Assembly (NCBI GenBank): GCA_943788175.1
Contig: CALSPG010000007.1
Location: forward strand, 128,001 to 192,000
Source: an uncultured bacterium
GTDB lineage: Bacteria > Fidelibacterota > Marinisomatia > Marinisomatales > UBA1611
DNA: 64,000 bases
Reading direction: 5' to 3'
The notes under the pieces are model-generated. The model saw only the letters and a program-made list of their open reading frames with translations, was not told the origin of the DNA and ran no database searches. This document shows, one piece after another, positions 19,709 to 30,863 of the stretch. The position numbers were made by a program, and so were the translations under genes. Numbering within the stretch: position 1 is the first letter of the stretch; every line of letters begins with the position of its first letter.

Positions 19709-20491
19709 ATGTCTAAATGGGCTTTAATACTTGGTGCATCAACAGGACATGGTGGTGCTACTGCAATTAGTCTTGCTGAAAAAGGATATGGAATTATAGG
19801 CTTTCACTTTGATAGAGGTGAAACAAAAAAAGAGGCAGAAAAAACAATTTCTAAAGTAAATGAATTAAACGGAGGTCTATGCCATTATTGGAATACAAAT
19901 GCAGCCTCTGAGCAGGCAATGGATAAATATATTCCTGAAATTAAAAAAATAGTGGGTGATGGTCATCTTAAATTATTTTTACACTCGATTGCCTTTGGCA
20001 CGACTACTAATTTTTTTGGTGAAACTCCTGTAACTCAGCGACAAATGGATATGACTGTTCATGTCATGGGAAATTCTCTACTCTATTGGACCCAAAAATT
20101 ATTTGAACAAAAATTAATAGGCGAAGGCTCAAGAATTTTAGGATTAACCAGTGAAGGCAATTATCTTGCTATGGAGGGTTATGGTCCTGTTAGCGTTGCG
20201 AAGGTAGCTATGGAGGCAATCATTAGGCAAATCGGTTGGGAATTAGGAGAGTTTGGAATTACAGCAAATGCAATTCAAGCAGGAATAACGCCAACGCGTG
20301 CATTAACCAAGATTACTGATCGATGGGAAACTTGGGTTGAAAATACAAAAAAAAGGAACCCCATGCGTCGAACTACAACACCTAATGATGTCGCAAATAC
20401 TGTTAAGCTTTTATTAGAATCAGAAGCTGATTTTATTAATTGTTCAATTATTTATTGTGATGGAGGAGAGCACAGATCTGGCTCTTTTTAG
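19709..20491 (+). CDS. SDR oxidoreductase, probable enoyl-ACP reductase (FabI/FabL-like)
   Basis: LILGASTGHG; Y-x6-K active site (YGPVSVAK); ANAIQAG, T.AL, DGG; divergent from fabA. Confidence 0.7.
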   Translation: MSKWALILGASTGHGGATAISLAEKGYGIIGFHFDRGETKKEAEKTISKVNELNGGLCHYWNTNAASEQAMDKYIPEIKKIVGDGHLKLFLHSIAFGTTTNFFGETPVTQRQMDMTVHVMGNSLLYWTQKLFEQKLIGEGSRILGLTSEGNYLAMEGYGPVSVAKVAMEAIIRQIGWELGEFGITANAIQAGITPTRALTKITDRWETWVENTKKRNPMRRTTTPNDVANTVKLLLESEADFINCSIIYCDGGEHRSGSF

Positions 20492-20507
20492 AAAGATAGA
20501 ATAAGTT

Positions 20508-20894
20508 TTAACTTGGTTCGTTTTTATTTTGAAGAGTTATTTTCTCTTTAATTAGTTCAACTAGTTCATGCGTATCTGGGGATGGCGATAAATCAAAGCT
20601 GTTTTCAGCTTCTCTTAAAGCATATTCCCACCAACCTTTTTTTGTGTATGAGAGAGCCAGTTTGAAGTGGGCTGTTCCTAAAATTTTAAATTGTTCTCTG
20701 TCTAGCTTGCTATGATCAGGGGGAAGCAAGCGACTAACTTCACGGTATTCTGTTATAGCATCATCGATTAGTCCTTTTTGGAGATACCAATTCCCTAATT
20801 CAAGGTGTTGTTCTGGATCTTTCTCGCAAGCGAATAGAAACAACATAGCGATTGTCATCAGAGCTTGTAGTACGTATTGTTTATATAATTTCAT
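20508..20894 (-). CDS. TPR-like lipoprotein
   Basis: Lipobox LFAC; TPR-like HLELGNWYLQKGLIDDAITEY and AHFKLALSY; ATG at 20894 preferred over TTG at 20903. Confidence 0.65.
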   Translation of the reverse strand: MKLYKQYVLQALMTIAMLFLFACEKDPEQHLELGNWYLQKGLIDDAITEYREVSRLLPPDHSKLDREQFKILGTAHFKLALSYTKKGWWEYALREAENSFDLSPSPDTHELVELIKEKITLQNKNEPS

Positions 20895-20950
20895 AATATT
20901 CAACTATGAATATTGATGTGCGTGCGTTCTAAAATCAAGAACAAAATAAA

Positions 20951-22198
20951 TTAAGCAGATAATTTCTTTAGTTTTGGGTCCTTTACAAAAAAATAAAGAA
21001 TTATCAACGCTATAAACAAGCAAAACCCTATAATGCAGAATGATAAAACAAACTGATTTTTGGTTATTAAAAATCCAATTCCCACTAAAAAGATTAAGGA
21101 AAAAGGTGCTAAAAAAGAGTCTATTAAAGCCATGTATGTTTTTTTATCTTCTAAATCAGCAAAGTCATAAATTAAATTCATTGCTGATGGCATAAAAGCA
21201 CCTTGTCCTGCACCTATCGATATAAAAATGCAATATACATAAAACATATTTTTTGATAACAAAGCTAGGATTACTGCTAATAAATGAAATGAATAAGCTA
21301 TTAGCATACTGACTTTGTGACCATGTTTATCTCCCAAGTATCCAGATATATAACTAGATATTCCCATGGAGATAACATTTAAAACTGTGAATGAGCCAAT
21401 TTCACTAATATTGAATCCGAATTTTTTTTGACAAAAAACTGCATATAGGCCTAATGCTGGTAGCGTAGCGCAATAAAATATTCTAGAATAGAGATATCGA
21501 TGAAAATTGGGACGGTTTTTAATGATTAGTTTTGTTTCTTCTCTAAACTGTTTGAAAGATGTGCTACTTTTATTTTGCTTTTTTTCCTTATAAAAAGAGA
21601 AGAAAAAAGTGCCAATAGATAAACAAAGGAACAAAATAATAAAACCATAGCCAAAGTTTTTTGGGAAAGGAGTATTTGATTCTAGTAAAAACTTTAGCAC
21701 TATACCTCCTCCAAATGCGCCCAGACTATTAAAAGCAAACCCCACTCCAAAAAACTTTCCCCTTAAAGATCTTTTTGTCGTTTTTTCTAAGAAGTCTGCC
21801 CAGATAGGAACAATAATTCCAATAGAAAGAGAATAGATAATAAAAAGGCTGAAGTATATTTTCCAGGCGATAATAGATTTTCCCATACCAGAAAAAGCAA
21901 AAATATACCCTAAAATAAATGTAACAACTAAAATTGTACAATGTGCGATTATCACCATTTTTTTCATATTGGTTACATTTCTTGTCAATGCCGCTGTAAA
22001 AAGCATAGGCATAGCTATAATAATCGAAAACAATCCAGCAGATGAAGTTGCGATTACATTGGGCGATCCCAGTTCTTTTAAAAATAATGGTACAACAGCA
22101 TATACAGTGTGAAATGCGGTTCCAAATCCCCAAAAAAATTCATGTAAATTGTTAAATTTTTGGTTTTTATAATGGTCTTTTAGGCTTAAGCCCTTCAT
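20951..22198 (-). CDS. Major facilitator superfamily transporter
   Basis: About 12 hydrophobic segments; GYLGDKHGHK motif-A-like loop. Confidence 0.85.
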   Translation of the reverse strand: MKGLSLKDHYKNQKFNNLHEFFWGFGTAFHTVYAVVPLFLKELGSPNVIATSSAGLFSIIIAMPMLFTAALTRNVTNMKKMVIIAHCTILVVTFILGYIFAFSGMGKSIIAWKIYFSLFIIYSLSIGIIVPIWADFLEKTTKRSLRGKFFGVGFAFNSLGAFGGGIVLKFLLESNTPFPKNFGYGFIILFLCLSIGTFFFSFYKEKKQNKSSTSFKQFREETKLIIKNRPNFHRYLYSRIFYCATLPALGLYAVFCQKKFGFNISEIGSFTVLNVISMGISSYISGYLGDKHGHKVSMLIAYSFHLLAVILALLSKNMFYVYCIFISIGAGQGAFMPSAMNLIYDFADLEDKKTYMALIDSFLAPFSLIFLVGIGFLITKNQFVLSFCIIGFCLFIALIILYFFVKDPKLKKLSA

Positions 22199-23087
22199 TT
22201 GATTTTTCTTGAGTTAAAATTGTAACGGATGATAAAAGCATTACCGCTCCTAAAAGTTGAAATGAAGTAAGAGGGTTGTCATTTTTTATCCAATCTATGA
22301 TAACTGCAGATAGGGGCCAGAAAAGTTCAAACAAAGTTGTATGAGAAGCGGGAAGTTTATTTAAACCGTAGTAGTAAATAAAAAGAGCAAAAGTACCTGT
22401 AGATAGAACAATAACTAACAAAACCTGCCATTGTTTATATGTTACATTGCTATTTAATATATTCCAGTCTAGTACAAAAATAAGAGCGAGGCCAGTTATA
22501 GTAGTCATCATTAGCCTCAAAGCTGTGACAGCGCTATAATGTAAGTTTGCTAAAGCTTTTTTACCAATGACTGTTGAACTCCCCCAGCAAAAAGCAGCTA
22601 AGAGTGCAAACAAAGCAGCGATTAAAGTGTTATCATCCCAGCTAGAGATAGGATTGTTTCCAAAGGTAATTAAGTAGCCTCCTAAAATTGATATTGCTGC
22701 TAGCAGCATATATCTATTTGTTAATTTTTCTTTTAAAATAATTGTTGCTAATGACATTGCAAATAAAGGTTGGAATTTTTGTAAAAGGACAACAATTGAT
22801 AGGTCTATATAACCAACATAACTCAATGCTTTTGTGTAAAAATAAGTACCACAAATACCTCCGAAAAATGAAATCCATATAATAGAGAACCATCCAGATT
22901 GATTTAATTTTTTGATATCCTGCCAAAAGTTTTTTAAAAAAGGGAAGAAGATTAAACTCCCAATACCATGCTCAATGGTTATTACTAATAGCGGAGATAG
23001 TATATACAATGACTGCCGAAGAAAAGCATCAAGACTCCAAAGTAAAGCTGCAAAAATGATTGCAAAATAAGGTAAATATTTTTTCAT
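22167..23087 (-). CDS. DMT/EamA family transporter
   Basis: About 10 TM segments in two EamA repeats; QPLFA...ILKEK; YYYGL. Confidence 0.85.
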   Translation of the reverse strand: MKKYLPYFAIIFAALLWSLDAFLRQSLYILSPLLVITIEHGIGSLIFFPFLKNFWQDIKKLNQSGWFSIIWISFFGGICGTYFYTKALSYVGYIDLSIVVLLQKFQPLFAMSLATIILKEKLTNRYMLLAAISILGGYLITFGNNPISSWDDNTLIAALFALLAAFCWGSSTVIGKKALANLHYSAVTALRLMMTTITGLALIFVLDWNILNSNVTYKQWQVLLVIVLSTGTFALFIYYYGLNKLPASHTTLFELFWPLSAVIIDWIKNDNPLTSFQLLGAVMLLSSVTILTQEKSNEGLKPKRPL

Positions 23088-23095
23088 TAGATTGT

Positions 23096-23653
23096 TTAGC
23101 TGACCCCTGAAGTATTGGTGATGTCATTAACTTCAATACCTAATGAATGAGTTGCTAGAAGCCAAATATGCTCTGCCTCATTTTCAAAAATTAAGTTTGA
23201 TGTTGCTTTTTGTAAAAGCCAATCACCATTTTCAATCTCTCGTTCAAGTTGTCCTTGGCTCCAACCAGCATGCCCCAAAAACAGTTTGTGCTTCACATTA
23301 CTTGACTTCGCAATGGATGTTAATGATATGATATCACTAGAAATCGAAATTTTATCATCAAGTAAAAGAGATTTATTATCTGTATCATCATTATGCAAAA
23401 ATAATAGTTTATTAGTCAGGACTGGTCCACCGATAAATAATTTATTATCAGTAATGTAATCATCAAATTTAATTTTTTGTTTAGATTCAGAATTAAATTT
23501 GACGGAAATGCTATTTTTATTGATTTCTTTATTTATGATTAAGCCCATTGCTCCTTGTTCATCATGTTCACATAAAAATATGACTGATCTTCCAAATAAT
23601 TGATCTTTCATATGCGGTATTGAAATAAGGAAATGATTTTTAAGTGTGTTCAT
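23096..23653 (-). CDS. YqgE/AlgH family protein
   Basis: FGRSVIFLCEH, GAMGLIINK, GGPV, GHAGWSQGQLEREI..GDW. Confidence 0.9.
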   Translation of the reverse strand: MNTLKNHFLISIPHMKDQLFGRSVIFLCEHDEQGAMGLIINKEINKNSISVKFNSESKQKIKFDDYITDNKLFIGGPVLTNKLLFLHNDDTDNKSLLLDDKISISSDIISLTSIAKSSNVKHKLFLGHAGWSQGQLEREIENGDWLLQKATSNLIFENEAEHIWLLATHSLGIEVNDITNTSGVS

Positions 23654-23727
23654 TCAAATATAATTTTCATTGAAAAAGATTACCTAAGGGTTTTGGTGCT
23701 AGGCAATAATTTGCTGTAATATAAAGG

Positions 23728-26580
23728 ATGCCTAAAATTAAAAAAACAAATGATAATGAAAAATCTTTAACACAAATTGTTGTAAAAGGTGCGCGCCAAC
23801 ATAATCTTAAAGATATTGACATTAGTATACCTCGAGATAAGTTAGTTGTAATTACAGGTCTTTCTGGCTCTGGTAAATCTTCGTTAGCTTTTGATACTAT
23901 ATATGCTGAGGGGCAGCGTCGATATGTCGAGTCATTATCAACATATGCAAGACAATTTCTAGGCCTCATGGAAAAGCCAGATATGGACACTATCGAAGGC
24001 TTGTCTCCTGCGATTAGCATTGAGCAAAAAGCTAGTGCTAGAAACCCGAGGAGTACGGTTGGTACTGTAACTGAAATCCATGATTATTTAAGATTGCTTT
24101 ATGCTCATGTGGGACAACCTGTTTGTTGGAAATGTAATGATCCCATTGAAAAACAATCAGTTCAACAAATAGTTGACACTATATTTAAAATTAAACAGAA
24201 AACTAAATTTTATATTTTAGCTCCTGTTATTAGAAGCAAAAAAGGGCAGCACAAAAACCTAATTAAACAGATCCAAAAAAAAGGGTTTCTGCGAATAAGG
24301 GTTGATGGAATTACTTATAAGGTAGATGACAAAATCAATCTGGATAAAAACAAAAAACATACGATTGAGATTTTAGTAGATAGATTAATAGTAGAAGATG
24401 CGATGCATGAAAGAATTACGGAGTCTGTTGAATTAGCTTTAAAGTTAGGAGAAGGATTAATTGTTGTACATGAGTTAAAGGGTAAAGATCATATATTCAG
24501 TGAAAACTTTGCTTGTGCTAAATGCGAAGTTAGTCTAGAAGAATTAACCCCTAGAATGTTCTCATTTAACTCCCCATTTGGTGCATGTAAAAAGTGTGAA
24601 GGTATCGGCACGCATATGGAGGTTAACCCAGATTTAGTAGTCCCTGATAAAAATAAATCATTAGTACAGGGCGCGATTGTCTCACTTGGCGAGCAGCCTA
24701 GAGGTAATTGGTATGGAAGTATTTTAAAGAGCCTGTCAAAACATTTAAACTTTAGCTTTTCTACTCCATGGATAAAGCTTGATAAAGATACTCGATATGA
24801 GCTTTTATATGGTTCAGGCAAGACAGAATACCAGATGCAATACAGTTCAGATAGATGGTCGGGAACATATAGCGGAGGTTGGGAAGGTGCAATTCCAAAC
24901 TTAATGCGGAGATATAAGCAAACAAAATCCAATGGAGTAAGAGAGTGGATAGAGCAGTTTATGAGTATGAGAGATTGCTCTGATTGTAATGGAACGAGAC
25001 TTAAGAAAGAGAGCAGGTCAGTGCTCATTGACGGGAAAAACCTTGGTGAAATTTCTTCTCTATCAGTAAAAAACTTACAGGTCTTTTTTAATAAAATAAA
25101 ACTTTCTAAAAAAGAAGAACAGATTGCAAATCAAATTTTAAAAGAAATTAATCAGAGATTGTCTTTTTTAAATAATGTAGGTCTTGGGTATTTGTCATTG
25201 AGCAGGTCTGCGGCTACTTTATCTGGCGGAGAGTCTCAACGAATTCGTCTCGCAACTCAAATAGGTTCACAATTAATGGGTGTATTATACATACTTGATG
25301 AGCCTTCTATAGGCTTGCACTCAAGAGATAATGCAAGATTGCTTTCAACATTAAAAACATTAAGAGATATCGGAAACTCCATACTCGTTGTTGAGCATGA
25401 TCAAGAGACGATGGAATCATCAGATTATATTATAGATATTGGACCAAAAGCAGGAAAGCTTGGTGGTGAAGTTGTTTTTGCTGGAGAACCTAAAGAAATA
25501 TATAAGTCAAAAAAATCGCTAACGGGAAAATATTTATCAGGTCAAAGATCTATTGAGATTCCAAAAAATAGAAGACTAAAAAAAACATCATCAATTAAGC
25601 TTACTGGAGCTAAGGGTAATAATTTAAAAGATATAGATGTTGAGTTTCCATTGGGGAAATTAATATCAATCTCTGGTGTTTCAGGGAGTGGGAAAAGCAC
25701 ATTAATTAATGAAACTTTATATCCAATAATTACTCAACATATAAATAGATCTAGGGTTTACCCATTAGAGTATTCATCTATTGAAGGTTTAAAGTTCATT
25801 GATAAAGTTATTCAAATTGATCAAAAACCAATTGGTAGGACACCTCGATCAAACCCTGCTACATATACGGGTCTTTTTACTTTTGTTCGAGATCTTTTTG
25901 CTAAATTGCCTGACTCAAAAATTAAAGGCTATAAGCCGGGTAGATTTTCTTTTAATGTTAAAGGTGGTAGATGCGAATCGTGCGAAGGTGATGGGATTAT
26001 AAAAATAGAAATGAATTTTTTGCCAGATGTATATGTTACATGTGAAATATGTAATGGAAAGAGATACAATAGAGAAACCTTAGAAATAAAATATAAAGGT
26101 AAATCAATATCTGATGTATTAGATATGGATGTGGATGAAGCGATAGGCTTTTTTGAAAATATTCCAGCAGTCACGAAAAAATTACAAACGCTTAAAGATG
26201 TAGGCTTGGGGTATATACATTTAGGGCAGCAAGCGACAACTCTTTCTGGGGGGGAAGCTCAAAGAGTCAAATTATCAACGGAACTTTCAAAAATGAGCAC
26301 ACGTAAAACTTTATACATTCTTGATGAGCCAACTACGGGGTTACACTTTGAAGATATAAGAATACTTCTTAAAGTTCTACAGCAATTAGTTGATCGTGGT
26401 AATACAGTTTTAATTATTGAACATAATATGGATGTAATAAAATCATCAGACTGGGTAATCGACCTTGGGCCTGAGGGTGGGGATGAAGGTGGAGAGATTA
26501 TTGCATGCGGAACACCGGAAATGGTAGCAGAGGATAAAAAGTCATATACTGGTCATTTTTTAAAAGACATGTTAAAATAA
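23728..26580 (+). CDS. uvrA: Excinuclease ABC subunit A
   Basis: [22 protein letters not shown], two LSGGE signatures, Zn-finger Cys pairs. Confidence 0.98.
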   Translation: MPKIKKTNDNEKSLTQIVVKGARQHNLKDIDISIPRDKLVVITGLSGSGKSSLAFDTIYAEGQRRYVESLSTYARQFLGLMEKPDMDTIEGLSPAISIEQKASARNPRSTVGTVTEIHDYLRLLYAHVGQPVCWKCNDPIEKQSVQQIVDTIFKIKQKTKFYILAPVIRSKKGQHKNLIKQIQKKGFLRIRVDGITYKVDDKINLDKNKKHTIEILVDRLIVEDAMHERITESVELALKLGEGLIVVHELKGKDHIFSENFACAKCEVSLEELTPRMFSFNSPFGACKKCEGIGTHMEVNPDLVVPDKNKSLVQGAIVSLGEQPRGNWYGSILKSLSKHLNFSFSTPWIKLDKDTRYELLYGSGKTEYQMQYSSDRWSGTYSGGWEGAIPNLMRRYKQTKSNGVREWIEQFMSMRDCSDCNGTRLKKESRSVLIDGKNLGEISSLSVKNLQVFFNKIKLSKKEEQIANQILKEINQRLSFLNNVGLGYLSLSRSAATLSGGESQRIRLATQIGSQLMGVLYILDEPSIGLHSRDNARLLSTLKTLRDIGNSILVVEHDQETMESSDYIIDIGPKAGKLGGEVVFAGEPKEIYKSKKSLTGKYLSGQRSIEIPKNRRLKKTSSIKLTGAKGNNLKDIDVEFPLGKLISISGVSGSGKSTLINETLYPIITQHINRSRVYPLEYSSIEGLKFIDKVIQIDQKPIGRTPRSNPATYTGLFTFVRDLFAKLPDSKIKGYKPGRFSFNVKGGRCESCEGDGIIKIEMNFLPDVYVTCEICNGKRYNRETLEIKYKGKSISDVLDMDVDEAIGFFENIPAVTKKLQTLKDVGLGYIHLGQQATTLSGGEAQRVKLSTELSKMSTRKTLYILDEPTTGLHFEDIRILLKVLQQLVDRGNTVLIIEHNMDVIKSSDWVIDLGPEGGDEGGEIIACGTPEMVAEDKKSYTGHFLKDMLK

Positions 26581-26663
26581 TTACAATTAGAATTAGTCTT
26601 CTTGGTGTCTGACGCTTGAATTCGTAATTTTAGTATCTAATAGAACAAATTTAGTTCAATTAT

Positions 26664-27692
26664 ATGACTGATATATTTATTACAGACCCAAGTCCCTTTG
26701 AAGAAGATATAATTTTAGAGAAATCACTTCGGCCTGTTAAATTCGATGAATTTATTGGTCAGAAAAAATTAGTTGATAACTTAAAGTTATATATTGATGC
26801 TGCAAATGGAAGAGAAGAAGCACTTGACCATGTTTTATTATTTGGACCTCCAGGCCTAGGTAAAACCACATTAGCTAATATCATTTCTAAGGAGTTAAAT
26901 GTGAGTATTAAGCAAGCGTCTGGCCCTGTAATTGATCGAGCCGGAGACTTAGCTGGCATGTTGACAAATATACAGTACAGAGATGTCTTTTTCATTGATG
27001 AAATCCACAGATTAAATAGTGTTGTCGAAGAATATTTGTACTCAGCAATGGAAGATTTCAAAATTGATATCATGATTGATAAGGGTCCAAGTGCTCGAAG
27101 TGTGCAGCTAGACGTAGACCCTTTTACTTTAGTTGGAGCAACAACTAGGTTGGGAAATTTAACCTCCCCATTAAGAGATAGGTTCGGCATTGTTTTGAGA
27201 GTAGATTATTATGGTGCCGAGGATTTATTCCATATAATTTGCAGATCTGCAGAAATATTAGAAGTTAAAATAGATGACAAGGGCGCGATGGAGCTCGCGA
27301 AGAGAAGCAGAGGCACCCCTAGAGTAGCGAATCGAATACTTCGGAGAGCAAGGGACTATGCCCAAGTAAAAGCAAGCGGAGAAATTACTTATGAAGTCGC
27401 AAACAAAGCGTTAAACCGTCTAGGCGTTGATGAATTTGGACTAGATATAATGGATAGAAATATTTTAGAAGTATTAATAGATAAATTTTCAGGCGGCCCC
27501 GTAGGCATAAAATCATTAGGCGTTGCAGTAGGAGAGGACCCTGCAACTATAGAGGACGTGTATGAACCATATCTAATTAAACAAGGATTCATGCAAAGGA
27601 CTTCAAGGGGAAGAATTGCTCAAGAATCAGCATACGAACTACTTGAAAAACCAATAAACAAAAATAACCAAAAGGATTTATTCAATGATTGA
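26664..27692 (+). CDS. ruvB: Holliday junction branch migration helicase RuvB
   Basis: [40 protein letters not shown]. Confidence 0.97.
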   Translation: MTDIFITDPSPFEEDIILEKSLRPVKFDEFIGQKKLVDNLKLYIDAANGREEALDHVLLFGPPGLGKTTLANIISKELNVSIKQASGPVIDRAGDLAGMLTNIQYRDVFFIDEIHRLNSVVEEYLYSAMEDFKIDIMIDKGPSARSVQLDVDPFTLVGATTRLGNLTSPLRDRFGIVLRVDYYGAEDLFHIICRSAEILEVKIDDKGAMELAKRSRGTPRVANRILRRARDYAQVKASGEITYEVANKALNRLGVDEFGLDIMDRNILEVLIDKFSGGPVGIKSLGVAVGEDPATIEDVYEPYLIKQGFMQRTSRGRIAQESAYELLEKPINKNNQKDLFND

Positions 27693-28740
27693 AAAAAAGA
27701 AAAAATTTAAACTTGGAGATTTCGATTACCCATTGCCAAAAAAGTATATTGCCCAGTACCCAGGCGAAAAGAGAGACCAGTCTAAACTAATGGTAGTTGA
27801 TAGGGAGAAAAAAACTATTGAGCACAAAAAATTTAGTAATATTGTAGATCACTTAAGAAAAAATGATTTATTAATCTTAAATAACACAAAGGTATTCCCA
27901 GCTAGGTTATTTGCGACTAAAGATAGAACAGATGCTAAAGTGGAAGTATTTCTTTTGAGAGAACTTGCTCAAAATTTATGGGAAGTAATGGTTCGCCCGG
28001 CAAGAAAAGTTAGGATAGGAAATAAGTTAGTTTTCACACCAAAACTAATGTGCGATGTGATTGATAATACTGTCTCAGGTGGAAGGGTTGTTCGGTTTGA
28101 ATCTGAAAGTCAAGAAGAACTTCATAAAATAATCGATAAAATAGGTACTTCTCCATTACCACCATACATCACTAGAGACCCAGAGCCTAGCGATAAGAAG
28201 AGGTATCAAACAGTATATGCTTCTGAACGTGGCGCTGTTGCTGCCCCTACTGCCGGTCTTCATTTCACAAATGATTTAATAAAAAAACTTGAAAAAAAAG
28301 GTGTGAAAATAGAATACATTACCCTGCATATCGGTCTTGGAACTTTTAGGCCTGTTCAAGTTGAAGATTTAAATAGGCATCAAATGGATTCCGAATACTT
28401 TGAGGTTTCACCAAAAACAGCCATGGCAATAAATGATGCTAGAAAAAGGCATCGGAAAATTGTAGCTGTTGGAACTTCGACAATTAGAGCATTAGAAACC
28501 GTGGTCGTTTCGGGTTTTATGGTATCACCAAAACGCGGTTGGACAGATAAGTTTATTTATCCTCCTTATGACTATAAAATGGTTGATTCAATGATTACTA
28601 ATTTTCATACTCCAAAGTCTACATTAATGATGATGGTTAGTGCTTTTGCTGATATTGATTTGTTGAAAAAAGCCTATCGTGAAGCAAAAAAACATGATTA
28701 TAATTTTCTGAGTTATGGCGATGCGATGATTATCGTATAG
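27685..28740 (+). CDS. queA: S-adenosylmethionine:tRNA ribosyltransferase-isomerase
   Basis: [40 protein letters not shown]. Confidence 0.97.
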   Translation: MIEKKKKFKLGDFDYPLPKKYIAQYPGEKRDQSKLMVVDREKKTIEHKKFSNIVDHLRKNDLLILNNTKVFPARLFATKDRTDAKVEVFLLRELAQNLWEVMVRPARKVRIGNKLVFTPKLMCDVIDNTVSGGRVVRFESESQEELHKIIDKIGTSPLPPYITRDPEPSDKKRYQTVYASERGAVAAPTAGLHFTNDLIKKLEKKGVKIEYITLHIGLGTFRPVQVEDLNRHQMDSEYFEVSPKTAMAINDARKRHRKIVAVGTSTIRALETVVVSGFMVSPKRGWTDKFIYPPYDYKMVDSMITNFHTPKSTLMMMVSAFADIDLLKKAYREAKKHDYNFLSYGDAMIIV

Positions 28741-28755
28741 CATCATAAAAGTGAT

Positions 28756-29433
28756 TTGAATAAAGTTTCTGCTATAATTCTTGCTGCTGGTTCTGGCACT
28801 AGATTTGGAGAGAAAAAACAATTTAAAAATCTTAACGGTAACCCAATATGGACTTACTCTTTAAAAACTTTTGTTCAATCAAAATATGTTGGAGAAGTGA
28901 TACTGGTTATTCCTCAAGAGTTTTTATCAAAAATTCAGAGTTCTCAAACGATTAAAAAATTTTCTAATCAAATTGATATTAAAATCGTTAAAGGTGGTAA
29001 GTCGAGACAAGATTCAGTAATGAACGGCTTAAGCGTCGTCAAAAAAAAATACAATCTTGTTTGTATTCACGACGCAGCTAGGCCTTTTGTTAGATCTTCA
29101 TATATAAAAAAAACTATTGAAGCTTGTACTGAGTTTGATAGTTCAATTGTAGCAGTTGCCGCTACAGATACTGTAAAAAAAGTTGAAAATGAGATAATTA
29201 AAAAGACCATAGATAGAAATTATATTTGGATGGCTCAGACACCACAAACTTTTCAAAAAGAAAAACTTTTAAAAGCATTTAAATTATTTTCTCAAGTCAA
29301 TATTACTGATGAAAGTATGATAATGGAATTAGCTGGTTTTTCAACAAAAATTATAGAAGGAGACCCAAATAACTTAAAGATTACGAAAGCTTTGGACTGG
29401 GAATTAGCAAAATTAATTGAGGGTAAAATATAA
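28756..29433 (+). CDS. ispD: 2-C-methyl-D-erythritol 4-phosphate cytidylyltransferase
   Basis: TTG start; LAAGSGTRF..KKQF, GG.SRQDSV, IHDAARP, QTPQ, NLKIT. Confidence 0.93.
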   Translation: MNKVSAIILAAGSGTRFGEKKQFKNLNGNPIWTYSLKTFVQSKYVGEVILVIPQEFLSKIQSSQTIKKFSNQIDIKIVKGGKSRQDSVMNGLSVVKKKYNLVCIHDAARPFVRSSYIKKTIEACTEFDSSIVAVAATDTVKKVENEIIKKTIDRNYIWMAQTPQTFQKEKLLKAFKLFSQVNITDESMIMELAGFSTKIIEGDPNNLKITKALDWELAKLIEGKI

Positions 29434-29435
29434 AA

Positions 29436-29924
29436 ATGGTACGGTCAGGAATAGGGTTTGATGTTCATCAATTAAAAAACGGGTTTGATTTGTACGTAGG
29501 TGGAATAAAAATTAAATCTGATCTTGGGTCTTTGGGCCATTCTGATGGAGACGCTCTAATTCATGCTATTGTTGATGCCTTGCTTGGGGCGGCATGTCTT
29601 GGCGATATAGGTAAATATTTTCCTAGTAATCAGAAAAAGTGGAAAGGCGTTGAAAGTGAATTATTTTTATTTGAAACAAAGAAGCTTTTATCGCGTAATG
29701 GGTTTCAAATATCAAATATCGACAGTACAATCATATTACAAAAGCCAAGAATAGAAAACTATCTTCTTGAAATTCGAAAAAATATATCCAGCATATTAGA
29801 CATTGATTATAAAGTCGTTTCTATTAAAGCCACTACTACTGATTATCTTGGATATGTTGGAAAATCAAAAGGTTGGAGTGTAATGTCAATTGCCACAATC
29901 AATGATTCAAATGAAATCAATTAA
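29436..29924 (+). CDS. ispF: 2-C-methyl-D-erythritol 2,4-cyclodiphosphate synthase
   Basis: GIGFDVH, GHSDGDALIHA, GDIG, KATTT. Confidence 0.95.
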   Translation: MVRSGIGFDVHQLKNGFDLYVGGIKIKSDLGSLGHSDGDALIHAIVDALLGAACLGDIGKYFPSNQKKWKGVESELFLFETKKLLSRNGFQISNIDSTIILQKPRIENYLLEIRKNISSILDIDYKVVSIKATTTDYLGYVGKSKGWSVMSIATINDSNEIN

Positions 29925-30756
29925 AATAAATTCTTATGCCAAAGTAAATATTGGGCTTAAAATTTTAAATAAAAGAAGTGATGGTTATCACAATATTAGT
30001 ACTGTTTTTCAAGAAATTGATTTGTTTGATAGTATAACTATTTCAAAGTTTAATGGCCCTCTTAGATTTAGTTCAAATGTAGATTGGTTACAAAATGACC
30101 AAAATAATCTTTGTGTAATAGCATATAATTATATCAAAAATCTGTATAAGATTGGTGGCGCAAATATCGTTTTAAAAAAAAATATTTCAAGAGGTAGCGG
30201 CCTTGGAAGCGGCTCGTCAAATGCAGCGACTATAATGAAAGGGCTTCGAGAAATTTATAATTTGAAGGTAACAGATAACGAACTTATAAAAATTGGTTCG
30301 AGAATAGGCGCTGATGTACCATTTTTTATTAATGGCTTTACTCAGGTTGGTGAAGGTATTGGCGAAAAGTTAACAATTATAAATTCTTCGATGGATGCCC
30401 AATATTTAATTGTTACACCTGACATATCAATTGATACGAAATGGGCCTATTCGCAATACAAAAATAATTTGGATAACTGTTCTTCACCTACTAAGTTTTC
30501 AGACTTAATTCGTGGCAAGTCAATTAATCTTGACATGCTAAAGTTTTTTGAGAATGATTTTGAATCTGTTGTTTTTCCAACATATCCAGAGATTGGTGCA
30601 ATAAAAAACAAACTACTTGCTCTAGGAGCAAAGTTTGCCAGTCTGTCGGGTTCTGGCTCGACTGTGTATGGGATTTTCGATGATGATGCTAATATTAATA
30701 AAGCATTTTCTCATTTTTTTCCAAGACACAAGACATTTATCGCACATCCTGTTTAA
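29911..30756 (+). CDS. ispE: 4-diphosphocytidyl-2-C-methyl-D-erythritol kinase
   Basis: Likely ATG at 29911; AKVNIGL, DGYH, GSGLGSGSSNAA, GADVPFF, NDFE, SGSGS. Confidence 0.93.
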   Translation: MKSIKINSYAKVNIGLKILNKRSDGYHNISTVFQEIDLFDSITISKFNGPLRFSSNVDWLQNDQNNLCVIAYNYIKNLYKIGGANIVLKKNISRGSGLGSGSSNAATIMKGLREIYNLKVTDNELIKIGSRIGADVPFFINGFTQVGEGIGEKLTIINSSMDAQYLIVTPDISIDTKWAYSQYKNNLDNCSSPTKFSDLIRGKSINLDMLKFFENDFESVVFPTYPEIGAIKNKLLALGAKFASLSGSGSTVYGIFDDDANINKAFSHFFPRHKTFIAHPV

Positions 30757-30778
30757 TTAGTTGGTAAAATAAAAAAAT

Positions 30779-30849
30779 TGGGGCGTCGTCTAATGGTAGG
30801 ACACCTGGTTTTGGTCCAGGCAGTAGGGGTTCGACTCCCTTCGCCCCAG
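30779..30849 (+). tRNA. tRNA-Gln (anticodon TTG); CCA not encoded
   Basis: TGGGGCG/CGCCCCA acceptor stem, CCTGG-TTTTGGT-CCAGG anticodon arm, GGTTCGACTCC T-arm; usual ispE-tRNA-Gln-prs position. Confidence 0.95.
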
Positions 30850-30863
30850 CAACTAAAGTAAAA

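Noticed and set aside
23654-23727. Possible SOS/LexA box upstream of uvrA
   Set aside because: No CTGT-N8-ACAG or GAAC-N4-GTTC match seen; a lineage-specific box cannot be excluded.
30779-30863. tRNA as an integration site for a mobile element
   Set aside because: No integrase or duplicated tRNA 3' end was seen, and the ispE-tRNA-prs order is intact.
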